The notes beneath the pieces were generated by a model. That model did not search any database, was not told where the DNA came from, and worked only from the letters and a program-made list of their open reading frames with translations. The position numbers and the translations under genes are program-made. A stretch of 44,027 nt of DNA from Thermoplasmatota archaeon (GTDB lineage Archaea > Thermoplasmatota > Poseidoniia > Poseidoniales > Poseidoniaceae), in the NCBI GenBank assembly GCA_036160375.1, contig JAYYDY010000063.1, positions 1 through 44,027 of the forward strand, given 5' to 3'. Below are positions 1-9,045 of the stretch, piece by piece. Each line of letters starts with the position of its first letter. Within the stretch, counting starts at the first letter, position 1.

Positions 1-91
1 TCAACCCTCCCAGTCCATTCCTTCCTAAATCGGAAGGGTTTGTCGTCAGGCTGGCGCCTCTCAGACACAGGTGTACTGAGAGTGAAAACGG

Positions 92-1480
92 TCAAGACTG
101 TGGCCCGATTTCTTCGCAGTCTTCGTCTTCGCTTCGTACAAGAACGGCAACACCGATGATGCCCAGCATAACGGCGACGGGGTTGAACAGGCCAACACCT
201 GCGAGGAATCGGTCGTCTTCATCGTCAAGGAACACGGTCAGGTTGCTGTCCACGGATTCGTTCACCCACGTCGCTGCGTTGATGACACGCTTCTGGTAGT
301 TGAGGTTCCACATGCCACCGGCATCAAACACATCATCGTCCACTTCGAAGGAAACCGATGTCAGGGTGGAGGCGTTGGCGGTAAAGTACGGCGAGGCCCA
401 AAGCACTTCACCTGTGGGACTGTGATATTCCAAGCTGGCGTTGGCTGTGGACGCCAACCCGTTATTGACGACCTCAAGCGCCACGTCGTCATCGCTCACG
501 GTGATGGACTGTACGTCCAATCGGGCGCGCCAATACCATACATTTTCGATGAGGAAGCGCATGACATCCATCTCCTCCCCGAGTCGGTCGTTGATGTTCT
601 CAAAACTGCCGGGGACAAATTGCTCGTCATCGGTCTCAAAGGTGAAGGTGGGAAAACCCATCTGACCGTAGCCGTAGTCTCGGCTGGTGCCGCAGTTCGG
701 GTACAGGCCTTGGTTGGCGTTTTGAATGGGAATTTCGGAAATATTGGCTTGCACATCGTCTCGGATGCGCCAAAACAACTCCCAGTCGGGGGGCTGTTCG
801 GGCCACTTCCCCCATGGATAGAGAATAATCCACACGCCGGTGTGCATGGTGACGTAGAGGTCTGCATCGGTGACGTGTGCATTGATGTAGGCTGCGTTGG
901 CCGCCGTTTCTGCTTCGCTAAAGGCGCTGCTTCCGGGTTGCGTGGTGGGGCAGGTGTTCCAGTAGTGGTTGTAATTTCGATTCAAGTCCACCTGATTGAT
1001 GTTCCACCGGGTGTCAATGTCGTTGCCGTCGGGGTTGAGCATGATGAGGATGTGGAGTTCGGTGTTCTGCAAGACGGTGATGGCCTCTTCGTTGCCCTCT
1101 GCCCAGCCGTTGATGTACCACTTTGCTGAAAGCCAAGCGAGGGCTGTTCCGAGGTATTCGTTGCCGTGATGACCGCCATCGATGTAGATGATTTCCTTGG
1201 CTGAACCGTTCGGTTTGGTGTCCATGGACCAGTCGGACAGCCGAACCACCCAGAGGGTCTTGCCGAGTTCGGATTCTCCAGCGCTGGTCAAGTCAACGAT
1301 TTCGGGATAATCATCGGCCCACTCGTTGACCTCCATGGTCAGTGCCACCCAAGTCATGTGGACGTGACTGTCGATGGGATCGCCCGGCCAGACGGGCGTC
1401 TGTGCGGGATCGTATTGGGCAGCTGCGGGTGGCAGCACGGCCAACATCATGCAAACAACCAAGCCGATGGCTACTCGCAT
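92..1480 (-). CDS. Secreted, membrane-anchored M14 zinc carboxypeptidase
   Basis: Signal peptide from MRVAIG (ATG 1480). Zn ligands HHGNE and TMH, NPDG and DLNRNY motifs, catalytic FE, C-terminal hydrophobic anchor. Confidence 0.9.
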   Translation of the reverse strand: MRVAIGLVVCMMLAVLPPAAAQYDPAQTPVWPGDPIDSHVHMTWVALTMEVNEWADDYPEIVDLTSAGESELGKTLWVVRLSDWSMDTKPNGSAKEIIYIDGGHHGNEYLGTALAWLSAKWYINGWAEGNEEAITVLQNTELHILIMLNPDGNDIDTRWNINQVDLNRNYNHYWNTCPTTQPGSSAFSEAETAANAAYINAHVTDADLYVTMHTGVWIILYPWGKWPEQPPDWELFWRIRDDVQANISEIPIQNANQGLYPNCGTSRDYGYGQMGFPTFTFETDDEQFVPGSFENINDRLGEEMDVMRFLIENVWYWRARLDVQSITVSDDDVALEVVNNGLASTANASLEYHSPTGEVLWASPYFTANASTLTSVSFEVDDDVFDAGGMWNLNYQKRVINAATWVNESVDSNLTVFLDDEDDRFLAGVGLFNPVAVMLGIIGVAVLVRSEDEDCEEIGPQS

Positions 1481-1527
1481 GGACGGGCCTTGCGGCGGTA
1501 AATGAAAAACGCTTGCCTGAAGTGCGC

Positions 1528-1947
1528 TCACCAATCCGAGGTGAAGGCGTTGGGGTTGGCCACCTTTTCGCCCTCACGCGTCCAAATGCTGGGGCCGTCG
1601 GTGGCGTAAATGTCGGCGAAGGGATCGATTTCTTCCTCTTGCAGGTTGCGCTGCATGTAGGCTTCGACGCGCTCGCGGAGGTCGGGCTTGAACTTCCAGT
1701 AGTGAATGCGCCATTCCCGTCCGTCCCACAGTGTGGTTTCTTCGGATTCGGTCGTGAGCAAATCGTAGTCTTGGAACATGTAAAACAGGTTGCGGTCGGT
1801 TGGTTCAAGAGCGTTGTCGATGATGCGGTTGTAGAAACCAAAGAAGCCGAGCGCATGTTCGGCCATGCCCTGGGCGACCTCAGCGTCCATGTCGAGATCA
1901 ATGTGCTGTTGAATCGCCTTTGTCAGTTCTGCAAGTGTCATGCCCAT
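1528..1947 (-). CDS. Conserved Thermoplasmata protein (DUF6015-like)
   Basis: FFGF..RIIDN.LEP.DR..FY and EETTLWDGREWRIHYW pattern. GGAGG RBS upstream on the minus strand. Confidence 0.7.
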   Translation of the reverse strand: MGMTLAELTKAIQQHIDLDMDAEVAQGMAEHALGFFGFYNRIIDNALEPTDRNLFYMFQDYDLLTTESEETTLWDGREWRIHYWKFKPDLRERVEAYMQRNLQEEEIDPFADIYATDGPSIWTREGEKVANPNAFTSDW

Positions 1948-2125
1948 CGTCTCGCCTCCAAACTCGGTAAACCGGGTGTTTTCGGTCCCCGTTGCTATAT
2001 TTTATTGGTCACCGACCCATATTAAGTGTTCCATGTCTTTTCATGAAATCGGCCCTTTGAACCCGAAAATCGGGGTCTTGCCCTCATCGGCAGGATGATG
2101 AAGGTGGCGAGAACCGACTGCAATC

Positions 2126-3142
2126 ATGTCCGAGGACTTTGAGGAAGGGGCGTTTCTCGGCCTCCCTCGTGGCGATGGTCCGGCTGATGTGGCCGTGGTC
2201 CCCCTCGCTTACGAGCTGACCACCTCGTACGGCACAGGCGCCTGCGATGGACCGCAGGCCTGCGTTGAGGCCAGCGCCCAGGTCGAGTTGTACGACGACC
2301 GATTGGGCGACGACCTCCCGGCAGGTCTTGTCATCTCAACAGAGCCCGTTTGGGAGGGAACAGCCCCGACGCTGCGAGCACAGCTGGACGAGCTGGCGGC
2401 GCACGCTGCTTCGTTCTACAACGGCGACCTGTTCCCCCTGTTTTTGGGAGGCGAGCACGGCATCCTGCCGCCCATCATGCACGCCGCTCGCCATCATCCG
2501 TCCGTTAACGGCGACCTTTCGACCTTAACCGTGGTCCAGCTTGACGCCCACGCCGACCTGCGGAGTTCCCTTGACGACGAAGCGTTCTCCCATGCTTGTG
2601 CGGCCTCTCGCAGCCTTGATGTGGGCGTTGGTCGACTGCTCCAGGCCGGTATTCGCGCCTACAGTCTGGAGGAAGCCGAGCGAATTCAAAGCGACGAGCG
2701 TATCACGACCTTCTTTGCTCGAGACACTCAACACCCCCACACCGGTGGAGCAGCGTGGCAAGCGTGGCTCGACCAACTTTCGTCGCTGACCGGCCCAGTC
2801 CATTTCACCCTTGACATCGACGGACTGGACGGTGCTTTGGTGCCAGCCACAGGTACGCCCGTGCCGGGTGGTCTCAGCTATTGGCAAGCGGTAGAAACCA
2901 TTGAGACGCTGTTCGCCAATCCCAACGTCGTGGTAATCAGCGCTGACGTCAACGAAATCGTAGCACAACACGACACGCCGCTCACGCAGTTCACGGCGGC
3001 AGGCCTCGCCACCAAGATCGTCGCCAGCCACGTGCTCGCCCGTCGGGAAGGACGCTGGACGGCTTCCTCCATGTCATCTCCCCTTCCTCCCGATGAAGCA
3101 TACTTCCAGCGGTTTGAGCCGAGCGTTCCTTCGGCACCTTGA
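2126..3142 (+). CDS. speB: Agmatinase (ureohydrolase family)
   Basis: GGEH, DAHAD, DIDGLD and GTPVPGG motifs. Confidence 0.88.
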   Translation: MSEDFEEGAFLGLPRGDGPADVAVVPLAYELTTSYGTGACDGPQACVEASAQVELYDDRLGDDLPAGLVISTEPVWEGTAPTLRAQLDELAAHAASFYNGDLFPLFLGGEHGILPPIMHAARHHPSVNGDLSTLTVVQLDAHADLRSSLDDEAFSHACAASRSLDVGVGRLLQAGIRAYSLEEAERIQSDERITTFFARDTQHPHTGGAAWQAWLDQLSSLTGPVHFTLDIDGLDGALVPATGTPVPGGLSYWQAVETIETLFANPNVVVISADVNEIVAQHDTPLTQFTAAGLATKIVASHVLARREGRWTASSMSSPLPPDEAYFQRFEPSVPSAP

Positions 3143-3177
3143 AATAGGCCATGGTGAGGCAGGGCGCAGGTGAGTTC

Positions 3178-3564
3178 ATGACGGTCAACCCTCCCCAAGG
3201 GGCCCATGTGTTTCTCGACTATGTCAACGCCCATTTTGAGGGCGAAGATGACTACCAGTGGCTCTTTTCCACCATGCGAAAAGCGGTCGCTCAAAGTCCT
3301 GCCACCGAAGTCCATGCCCATCTTGCTCCGTTTGATGGAAGCACCTCCCCGCCGGGGTTTGCGGCGGTGGTGCTCATTGACGAGAGCCACATCACGGCCC
3401 ACTGTTACGCCGATCGAGGCCTGTTGGCCGTGGATTGCTTCACCTGCGGCGACACCGATCCCGAAATCATCGCATCCTACCTTGACGAGCAACTTACGAA
3501 GCGGTTTCCGAATTTGAAGCGAATGCGAAAGGACCGAGTGAACCGGTTTCTCACGGGGGATTGA
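3178..3564 (+). CDS. speD: Pyruvoyl-dependent SpeD/AdoMetDC-family decarboxylase proenzyme (substrate uncertain)
   Basis: LIDESHITAH self-cleavage site and DCFTCG motif. AGGTGA RBS before ATG 3178. Confidence 0.85.
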   Translation: MTVNPPQGAHVFLDYVNAHFEGEDDYQWLFSTMRKAVAQSPATEVHAHLAPFDGSTSPPGFAAVVLIDESHITAHCYADRGLLAVDCFTCGDTDPEIIASYLDEQLTKRFPNLKRMRKDRVNRFLTGD

Positions 3565-3567
3565 GTG

Positions 3568-4527
3568 ATGTCCATTCGTTCCTTCGTTGACGAGCATTAC
3601 CGCCATTTTAACGCGGGGACGGTCGCTCGAGCATCGTCCTCGCTCGTGGAGCTTCTCGATGACGGCGGGCGTATTTTTCTAACGCTGGCCGGTGCGATGA
3701 GCACGGCGGAAATTGGACGCAGTTTGGCCGACATGATCCGTGCAGGGCACATCGCAGCCATCTCGTGCACGGGTGCGAACCTCGAAGAGGACGTGTTCAA
3801 CCTGGTCGCCCGTGATGCCTACGTCAAGGTGGTCAACCACGAGGACCTCTCACCTCAAGACGAGGCAGCGCTGCTGGAACGCAAGTTGAACCGGGTCACC
3901 GATGTGTGCATCCCTGAGGACGCCGCGATACGGGCCATTGAACACCATCTCATGGGTGTGTGGCGGGCTGCACAGGAAGCCAGTGAATCCCTCTTGCCCC
4001 ACGAACACCTGTATCGCTTGCTGCGCTCGGGAGTCCTCGAAGAGACCTACCAAGCCGACCCAAACCACTCCTGGTTGTTGGCCGCTGCCGAGGTCAACCT
4101 GCCGCTTTTCGTCCCCGGCTGGGAGGACTCCACGCTGGGCAACATCTTCGCTGCTCGTTGTTCAGAAGGACATCTTCATCCTGACGTGGTGCTGAGTGGG
4201 ACCCACTACATGACGGACTTGATGGTGTTCTACCGCTCGTGCACCACCCCGCTAGCGTTCCTCCAATCCGGAGGAGGTATCGCAGGGGATTTTCCCATCT
4301 GCGTGGTGCCGCTGCTCCACCAAGATTTGAGGGAGGAACACGTCCCACTTTGGTCGTGGTTTTGCCAAATCACGGACGCCACCGCCTCCTACGGCGGCTA
4401 CTCCGGGGCACCCCCCAACGAGAAAATCACGTGGGGGAAACTGGCCGTGGAGACACCCAAGTTCAACGTCCAAAGCGATGCAACCATCGTGCTGCCGCTC
4501 ATGTTCGCCTATGTTCTTGACCAATAA
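3568..4527 (+). CDS. Deoxyhypusine synthase-like protein (bacterial type, possible homospermidine synthase)
   Basis: HFNA, LAGAMST, SCTGANLEED, GWEDS, GGGIAGD, SYGGYSGAPPNEKITWGK (catalytic Lys region) and SDATIV motifs. Confidence 0.88.
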   Translation: MSIRSFVDEHYRHFNAGTVARASSSLVELLDDGGRIFLTLAGAMSTAEIGRSLADMIRAGHIAAISCTGANLEEDVFNLVARDAYVKVVNHEDLSPQDEAALLERKLNRVTDVCIPEDAAIRAIEHHLMGVWRAAQEASESLLPHEHLYRLLRSGVLEETYQADPNHSWLLAAAEVNLPLFVPGWEDSTLGNIFAARCSEGHLHPDVVLSGTHYMTDLMVFYRSCTTPLAFLQSGGGIAGDFPICVVPLLHQDLREEHVPLWSWFCQITDATASYGGYSGAPPNEKITWGKLAVETPKFNVQSDATIVLPLMFAYVLDQ

Positions 4528-4577
4528 GGGCACATCATCCCCAAAGTCTTGAAGGGGAGCAGCACCACCTTCTCACC

Positions 4578-7500
4578 ATGACGAATCGAGGAGTGAGCCT
4601 CTGCCTTGCGGTTCTTTTGGCGATGTCGTTGGTCCCGGCCTCGGTCCAAGCGGACGAGGTTCCATCCGTGCAGATCACCACGCACTGGGTCGGCGACGGG
4701 CCCACAGCGCCCCTTCACGCTTACACACTGACCTTCTCAGACAATGGAACCTACAGCGTTGACATCAACATGATCCAGAAACGAAACGGTACGGCGCTGG
4801 CAACCTCACACAACCTCGCTTGGGACAGCACGGGCGGTGTACGCACAGCGCTCCTCACGTTTGACACGTCCTTGGCGTGGGGTGATGAGATTGATTTGAC
4901 CGTCACCATCACGGACCACGACGGGACATCGGGCCTTGACATCGCAACGCAGCGCACCTTTACCGTCGGGCAGTGGAATCAACCGATGGACGACCACGAA
5001 GTCCTCCTTTCGACCTCGTGGGCGATGAACCAAAACTACACCACCGAAGCCGGCGAACAAGCGTTTGACCTCTCGTTCACGGGCCAAGGTTGGCAGGAAC
5101 GTGTCGGCACCACCCTCTCGTCATGGGAACTCGGCAACGGCACCTTTCGAACCGTGGAAACCACAGAGGACGGGGCAACGGAGTTGGATTTGGTTCTGAC
5201 ACAACTGTGGAAGAACGAAACCGTTGTCGCAGGACTGCTCACCAGCCAAGTCTTTGATGCTCGAGGCTTTGGAAACCTCCAGACCACGGTGATTGACGGC
5301 GACATGGTGACGGTGATCAACGCCGATGTGTCACAGGCACTTCTCAACCGGTCGGTGATCAACGGCGTGGTTGGCGAACATCTTTCGATTGAGGCTACAG
5401 GTTTGCTCAACGTCTCGGAAGATGACGAGGAGAACAACTCGCTTTCCATCGATGGCGAGCTCGCTGTGTTTTTGTTTGAGTACGTCGACCTCGATGGCGA
5501 GCGTTTGCTGCAGCACACCCAGTTTGAAGCGATGGCCGATTTCATCCTGATTGAAGACGGGTCTCGGCTGGACGTTTCGCTGGACGGTTTTTCCTCCCTT
5601 GCTCGGTGGGAAAACGGTGTGCGTACGCAGCATTTGGAAGAGCTCTACGGAGCCGGCACCTTCGGATTTGCCGACCAAGACGAAAATGCTTCATTGCAGG
5701 TGAACGGCACCATCCTCGACCTCCACACCAAACTCGAAAACGGCACGACCCTCATTGATGACCTTCACGTTGACGGCACCCTTTCAGGCGACGTGCAGGG
5801 CACGTTTGGTGTGGTTCGAACCATCGAAGAGACCGGGACGCAAGCCAACGCTACGGGCGAACTCTTTCTCGTGAACGTCATCTTCCAGGAATCATGGTTC
5901 AACATCACCGGCATCAACGGCGGGAATTTCTTTGACGGCGCTGGCGTTGGCGCTACGCACAATGAAACATGGGACTACCAAGCCGTCCAGTCCGATTGGG
6001 ACAACCGAACGGTCCGTCTCGTCTGGCGAGAAACCGGCCCGGATGCCTCGGAGGGAGAGGAATTCCCAGAGCGGAGCCCGATTCAGCAAAACGCAACGGC
6101 ACCGGTGGCTGAGGAAGGCCTTGGCAACCTCACGGTCGGTCGAGAAACAGGCCTCATGCCCATCCCGCTGATGAAGGACGACCGTCTTCGTCTTGCAGGT
6201 CAAGAAGGCATCACGCTGACGGTGTCGGCCGGTGACACCCGCATCGATGTCAGAGACGGGCACAACCTCACGGTCATCGAATGGACGGGCGTCTACGAGG
6301 GCGATGGTGAGGCCGGTTTGGCTTCGGGTGCCATGGTGTCTGCCGGGCCGCTCAAAGGCCTGCTGTCCACCGTTCAGCGAACATTGGCCGTGCCGTTTGG
6401 CGAGGACAGCGAAACGGTCGTGCTGGAGGAAACGCAAACCCTCGAACGCGTCCTTTCTCCTGAAATCGTCAGCGAGGACGACAACACGGCTCCCTCCATC
6501 GGTGAGGTTCAGTGGCGAGACGGGCTTGCCATTGGTGAAGGTGCCATGGTTGCTCATCTCGAAGTGAGCGTCACCGATCAGGAGTGGAACGTCATCGGCG
6601 TGACCGCCGACCTTTCGTCCCTTGATTTGGGCGAAGTGGAACTCAACGACCGCGGCCTCAACGGCGACGCCGCCATCGGTGATGACGTCTACACGGCATC
6701 GGTGATCATCACCGGCCTCCAGGTCGGCGCTCATCCGGTCGGCGTGTCCGCCACGGACAGTTTCGGAGCCACGAGTTCCACCACGGGGGAGCTCGATGTG
6801 AGCAATCAGGCTCCGCGAATCATCGATGTAGAGGTGGTGCCAACCTCCCTCGAGCGAGGTCAATCCGCCGTCCTCAACGTTGAGGTCTACGACGGGCACG
6901 GCGTCGATCAAGTCCAACTCGATCTTCGGGAATACGGAGGTGGAGTCGTCAACATGACCTCGGAAGACAGTTTGGTTTGGGCGGCCATGGTCGAAATGCC
7001 CGTCGGAATGAATCCGGGTCATCGGTCCATGCTGATCGTGGCCACCGACGATTTGGGGGCCACCACCCAGCAGCGCTTCTTCACGCCGGTCGACGAGGTT
7101 GGAAGCCCCGTGTATGGGCCTCACCACGTCGCGTCGGAGGCAGAACTGCCAATCGAAATTCACATCCTCAACGACCGGCCCGTGCTGGTCAGCGACTCGG
7201 TACGTCTCGACAAAAATCCAGACGAGCAAGCGGTCTACACGGTCCAAGCCACCGATCCCGACGGTGTGGAACGCGTTCAAATCCGGCTTGGCGTCTTCGC
7301 GCCTGTCGGTGGTGGCGAGTGGGCCATGATGCACGACGACGGTGTGAACGGTGGCGATGAAGTGGCAGGCGACGGCACGTACAGCGTCCTCCTGTCCGTA
7401 CGGGGTGGAACACCGCTCGGCACCCATCAAGTCTCGTTGAGGGCATTTGATGTCTATGGGGAGATGAACACGGGTTCCGCCGTCATTACGCTTGCCGAAC

Positions 7501-7652
7501 CCGATGCTCCGGGTGTCTCCGAAGGTGGCCTCAGCACCATGGTGCTTGGCGCCTTGGGGGTGGTGGTCTTCCTCGGTGCCTTGGTGGTCCTTGCGTTGAT
7601 GCTTCGCCGCGGTGGTGGAGGCGAGGGTGGCGACCGCTTCGGCATGCAATGA
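4578..7652 (+). CDS. Large acidic cell-surface protein with two choice-of-anchor-X-like motifs and a C-terminal membrane anchor
   Basis: Signal peptide, D/E/T/G-rich beta composition, LNDRGLNGDAAIGDDVYTA and MHDDGVNGGDEVAGDGTYSV, C-terminal TM followed by RR and a Gly tail. Confidence 0.75.
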   Translation: MTNRGVSLCLAVLLAMSLVPASVQADEVPSVQITTHWVGDGPTAPLHAYTLTFSDNGTYSVDINMIQKRNGTALATSHNLAWDSTGGVRTALLTFDTSLAWGDEIDLTVTITDHDGTSGLDIATQRTFTVGQWNQPMDDHEVLLSTSWAMNQNYTTEAGEQAFDLSFTGQGWQERVGTTLSSWELGNGTFRTVETTEDGATELDLVLTQLWKNETVVAGLLTSQVFDARGFGNLQTTVIDGDMVTVINADVSQALLNRSVINGVVGEHLSIEATGLLNVSEDDEENNSLSIDGELAVFLFEYVDLDGERLLQHTQFEAMADFILIEDGSRLDVSLDGFSSLARWENGVRTQHLEELYGAGTFGFADQDENASLQVNGTILDLHTKLENGTTLIDDLHVDGTLSGDVQGTFGVVRTIEETGTQANATGELFLVNVIFQESWFNITGINGGNFFDGAGVGATHNETWDYQAVQSDWDNRTVRLVWRETGPDASEGEEFPERSPIQQNATAPVAEEGLGNLTVGRETGLMPIPLMKDDRLRLAGQEGITLTVSAGDTRIDVRDGHNLTVIEWTGVYEGDGEAGLASGAMVSAGPLKGLLSTVQRTLAVPFGEDSETVVLEETQTLERVLSPEIVSEDDNTAPSIGEVQWRDGLAIGEGAMVAHLEVSVTDQEWNVIGVTADLSSLDLGEVELNDRGLNGDAAIGDDVYTASVIITGLQVGAHPVGVSATDSFGATSSTTGELDVSNQAPRIIDVEVVPTSLERGQSAVLNVEVYDGHGVDQVQLDLREYGGGVVNMTSEDSLVWAAMVEMPVGMNPGHRSMLIVATDDLGATTQQRFFTPVDEVGSPVYGPHHVASEAELPIEIHILNDRPVLVSDSVRLDKNPDEQAVYTVQATDPDGVERVQIRLGVFAPVGGGEWAMMHDDGVNGGDEVAGDGTYSVLLSVRGGTPLGTHQVSLRAFDVYGEMNTGSAVITLAEPDAPGVSEGGLSTMVLGALGVVVFLGALVVLALMLRRGGGGEGGDRFGMQ

Positions 7653-7702
7653 CATGGCTCGCTCAGGTGGCGCTTCTGTCAATCCTTCTTCGCCGACAAC
7701 CG

Positions 7703-7708
7703 TTTAAA
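7703..7708 (+). promoter_or_regulatory. TATA box of the tRNA-Gly gene
   Basis: TTTAAA about 26 nt upstream of the tRNA 5' end. Confidence 0.6.
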
Positions 7709-7733
7709 CTCCTTCAAGGTCGGACGGCTACAA

Positions 7734-7808
7734 GCGAGCGTAGTGTAGTGGTTATCACCGGGCGTTGCCAACGCCTGAACCCGGGTTCGAGTCCCGGCGC
7801 TCGCACCA
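7734..7808 (+). tRNA. tRNA-Gly (GCC), intronless, CCA encoded
   Basis: Acceptor GCGAGCG/CGCTCGC, anticodon arm GGGCG-TT-GCC-AA-CGCCT, T arm CCGGG-TTCGAGT-CCCGG, ACCA end. Confidence 0.96.
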
Positions 7809-7879
7809 CTGCGAGCCATTTGAGGTCATTTTCCTCTCAATGTTTATGGGATGGACGCCCTCAACACAAGCCGAGAGCC

Positions 7880-8200
7880 ATGAGCGACCGCAGAGTGATT
7901 TTTGTTGGAAAAAAGCCCCTTCATGCCTATGTCCGTGCCGTGGTCAAAGCCATGGAGGACGGCGACCGAGAAATTCAGTTGGTGGCCCGTGGCGCCACCA
8001 TCTCAAGAGCGGTTGACGTGGCCGAAGTGTGCCGTCGAAGGAACGGCCACATCGCCCAAGGTTTGCCAGCATCCGTGAACATTCAGCACCTCTCATGCGA
8101 ATCGGAAGAGGTCGAGGGTGAGAACGGTATGCGAACGGTGAGCGTGCTTCGCATTGACATGGAAGGCGTGGGCGATGTTCCCGAGCCTCAGGAATCTTGA
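7880..8200 (+). CDS. albA: DNA/RNA-binding protein Alba
   Basis: IFVGKKP..YV.AV, ARG..ISRAVDVAE and R.VS...I motifs. Start trimmed to ATG 7880. Confidence 0.85.
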   Translation: MSDRRVIFVGKKPLHAYVRAVVKAMEDGDREIQLVARGATISRAVDVAEVCRRRNGHIAQGLPASVNIQHLSCESEEVEGENGMRTVSVLRIDMEGVGDVPEPQES

Positions 8201-8559
8201 GCGGTCAGCAATTCAAGCCTGCGCTGAATTTCTGCAGCCGTCGCTTCGTACACTTCGTAGGCTTGGCCGACCGGGTCTTCGAGCTCCCAATCTTGGTCGA
8301 TCTTGATCGCCGGGCAGTGAACACCACATCCCATTGAGATGACCATGTCAAATTCACTTGGATTGAAGTGGTCCAAGGATTTCGGTGCCATGCCGTCCGT
8401 GGAGATGCCTCGGCCTTCAAGCAAGGTCACGGCATGCTCGGCGACTGCTTGAGCAGGATGGGTGCCAGCAGAGGCGGCTTCGAACCCCATGGATTTGGCC
8501 AGTCCTTCGGCCATTTGAGAGCGACAGGAGTTTCCGACGCATACGAACAGGACCTTCAT
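8188..8559 (-). CDS. arsC: Thioredoxin-type arsenate reductase / LMW-PTP family
   Basis: CVGNSCRSQMAEG P-loop, SAGT, MGCGVHCP and W.LEDP. Confidence 0.85.
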   Translation of the reverse strand: MKVLFVCVGNSCRSQMAEGLAKSMGFEAASAGTHPAQAVAEHAVTLLEGRGISTDGMAPKSLDHFNPSEFDMVISMGCGVHCPAIKIDQDWELEDPVGQAYEVYEATAAEIQRRLELLTAQDS

Positions 8560-8644
8560 GCAAGTCTCAAGCCAGCGATGTCATTTAGAGTCTCGCTCCA
8601 TAGATGGTTGATGCCTTGACATACCACGGCCTGCACGGGCGTTT

Positions 8645-8986
8645 GTGTGGCGAGCACTCGGGCTCAATGTGGGCGTGTTCGGGCTCCTCTTTGGACTCCA
8701 CATCGTGTTTGCAGCACGGAACATGGACACCGCTTTTGCAACGGTAGCCGCCCTCATCACCGTCCAAGTCGTTGCCTTTGGCCCCATCACGGCGTTGGGG
8801 GTCTTGTCAGAATCTGGGATTGAGCGTCGTCGTGCCCTCCTCCGCACCACGCCACTCTCGCTGGCGATGGCGATTGGCCTGGCGTGGGCCTACGGCGGCA
8901 TGGCGTGGTCGATGCCGGCGTTGGTCGGCGTGCTCGGGGCCACGTTGGTGGTTCACGGTGCCGCATACCGTCGATGGTCGGCGTGA
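8645..8986 (+). CDS. Small membrane protein (about 4 TM), unknown function
   Basis: Four hydrophobic segments. Fills the gap between arsC and mrp. GTG start is uncertain. Confidence 0.55.
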   Translation: MWRALGLNVGVFGLLFGLHIVFAARNMDTAFATVAALITVQVVAFGPITALGVLSESGIERRRALLRTTPLSLAMAIGLAWAYGGMAWSMPALVGVLGATLVVHGAAYRRWSA

Positions 8987-9045
8987 ACTGCGGCATCATT
9001 CCCCTTTGTGGGTGGGTTGAAGTAGGCCAGTTTGGTGGTTGTATC

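Noticed and set aside
5892-7682. Long antisense ORFs (596 aa here; also 10398-11564, 15729-16664, 30706-31554, 35233-36387 and 37974-38924)
   Set aside because: Shadow frames of well-supported genes in GC-rich DNA, with no recognisable motifs.
7734-8200. tRNA-Gly as an integration site for an island
   Set aside because: No integrase, no duplicated tRNA 3' end, and the flanking genes are housekeeping.
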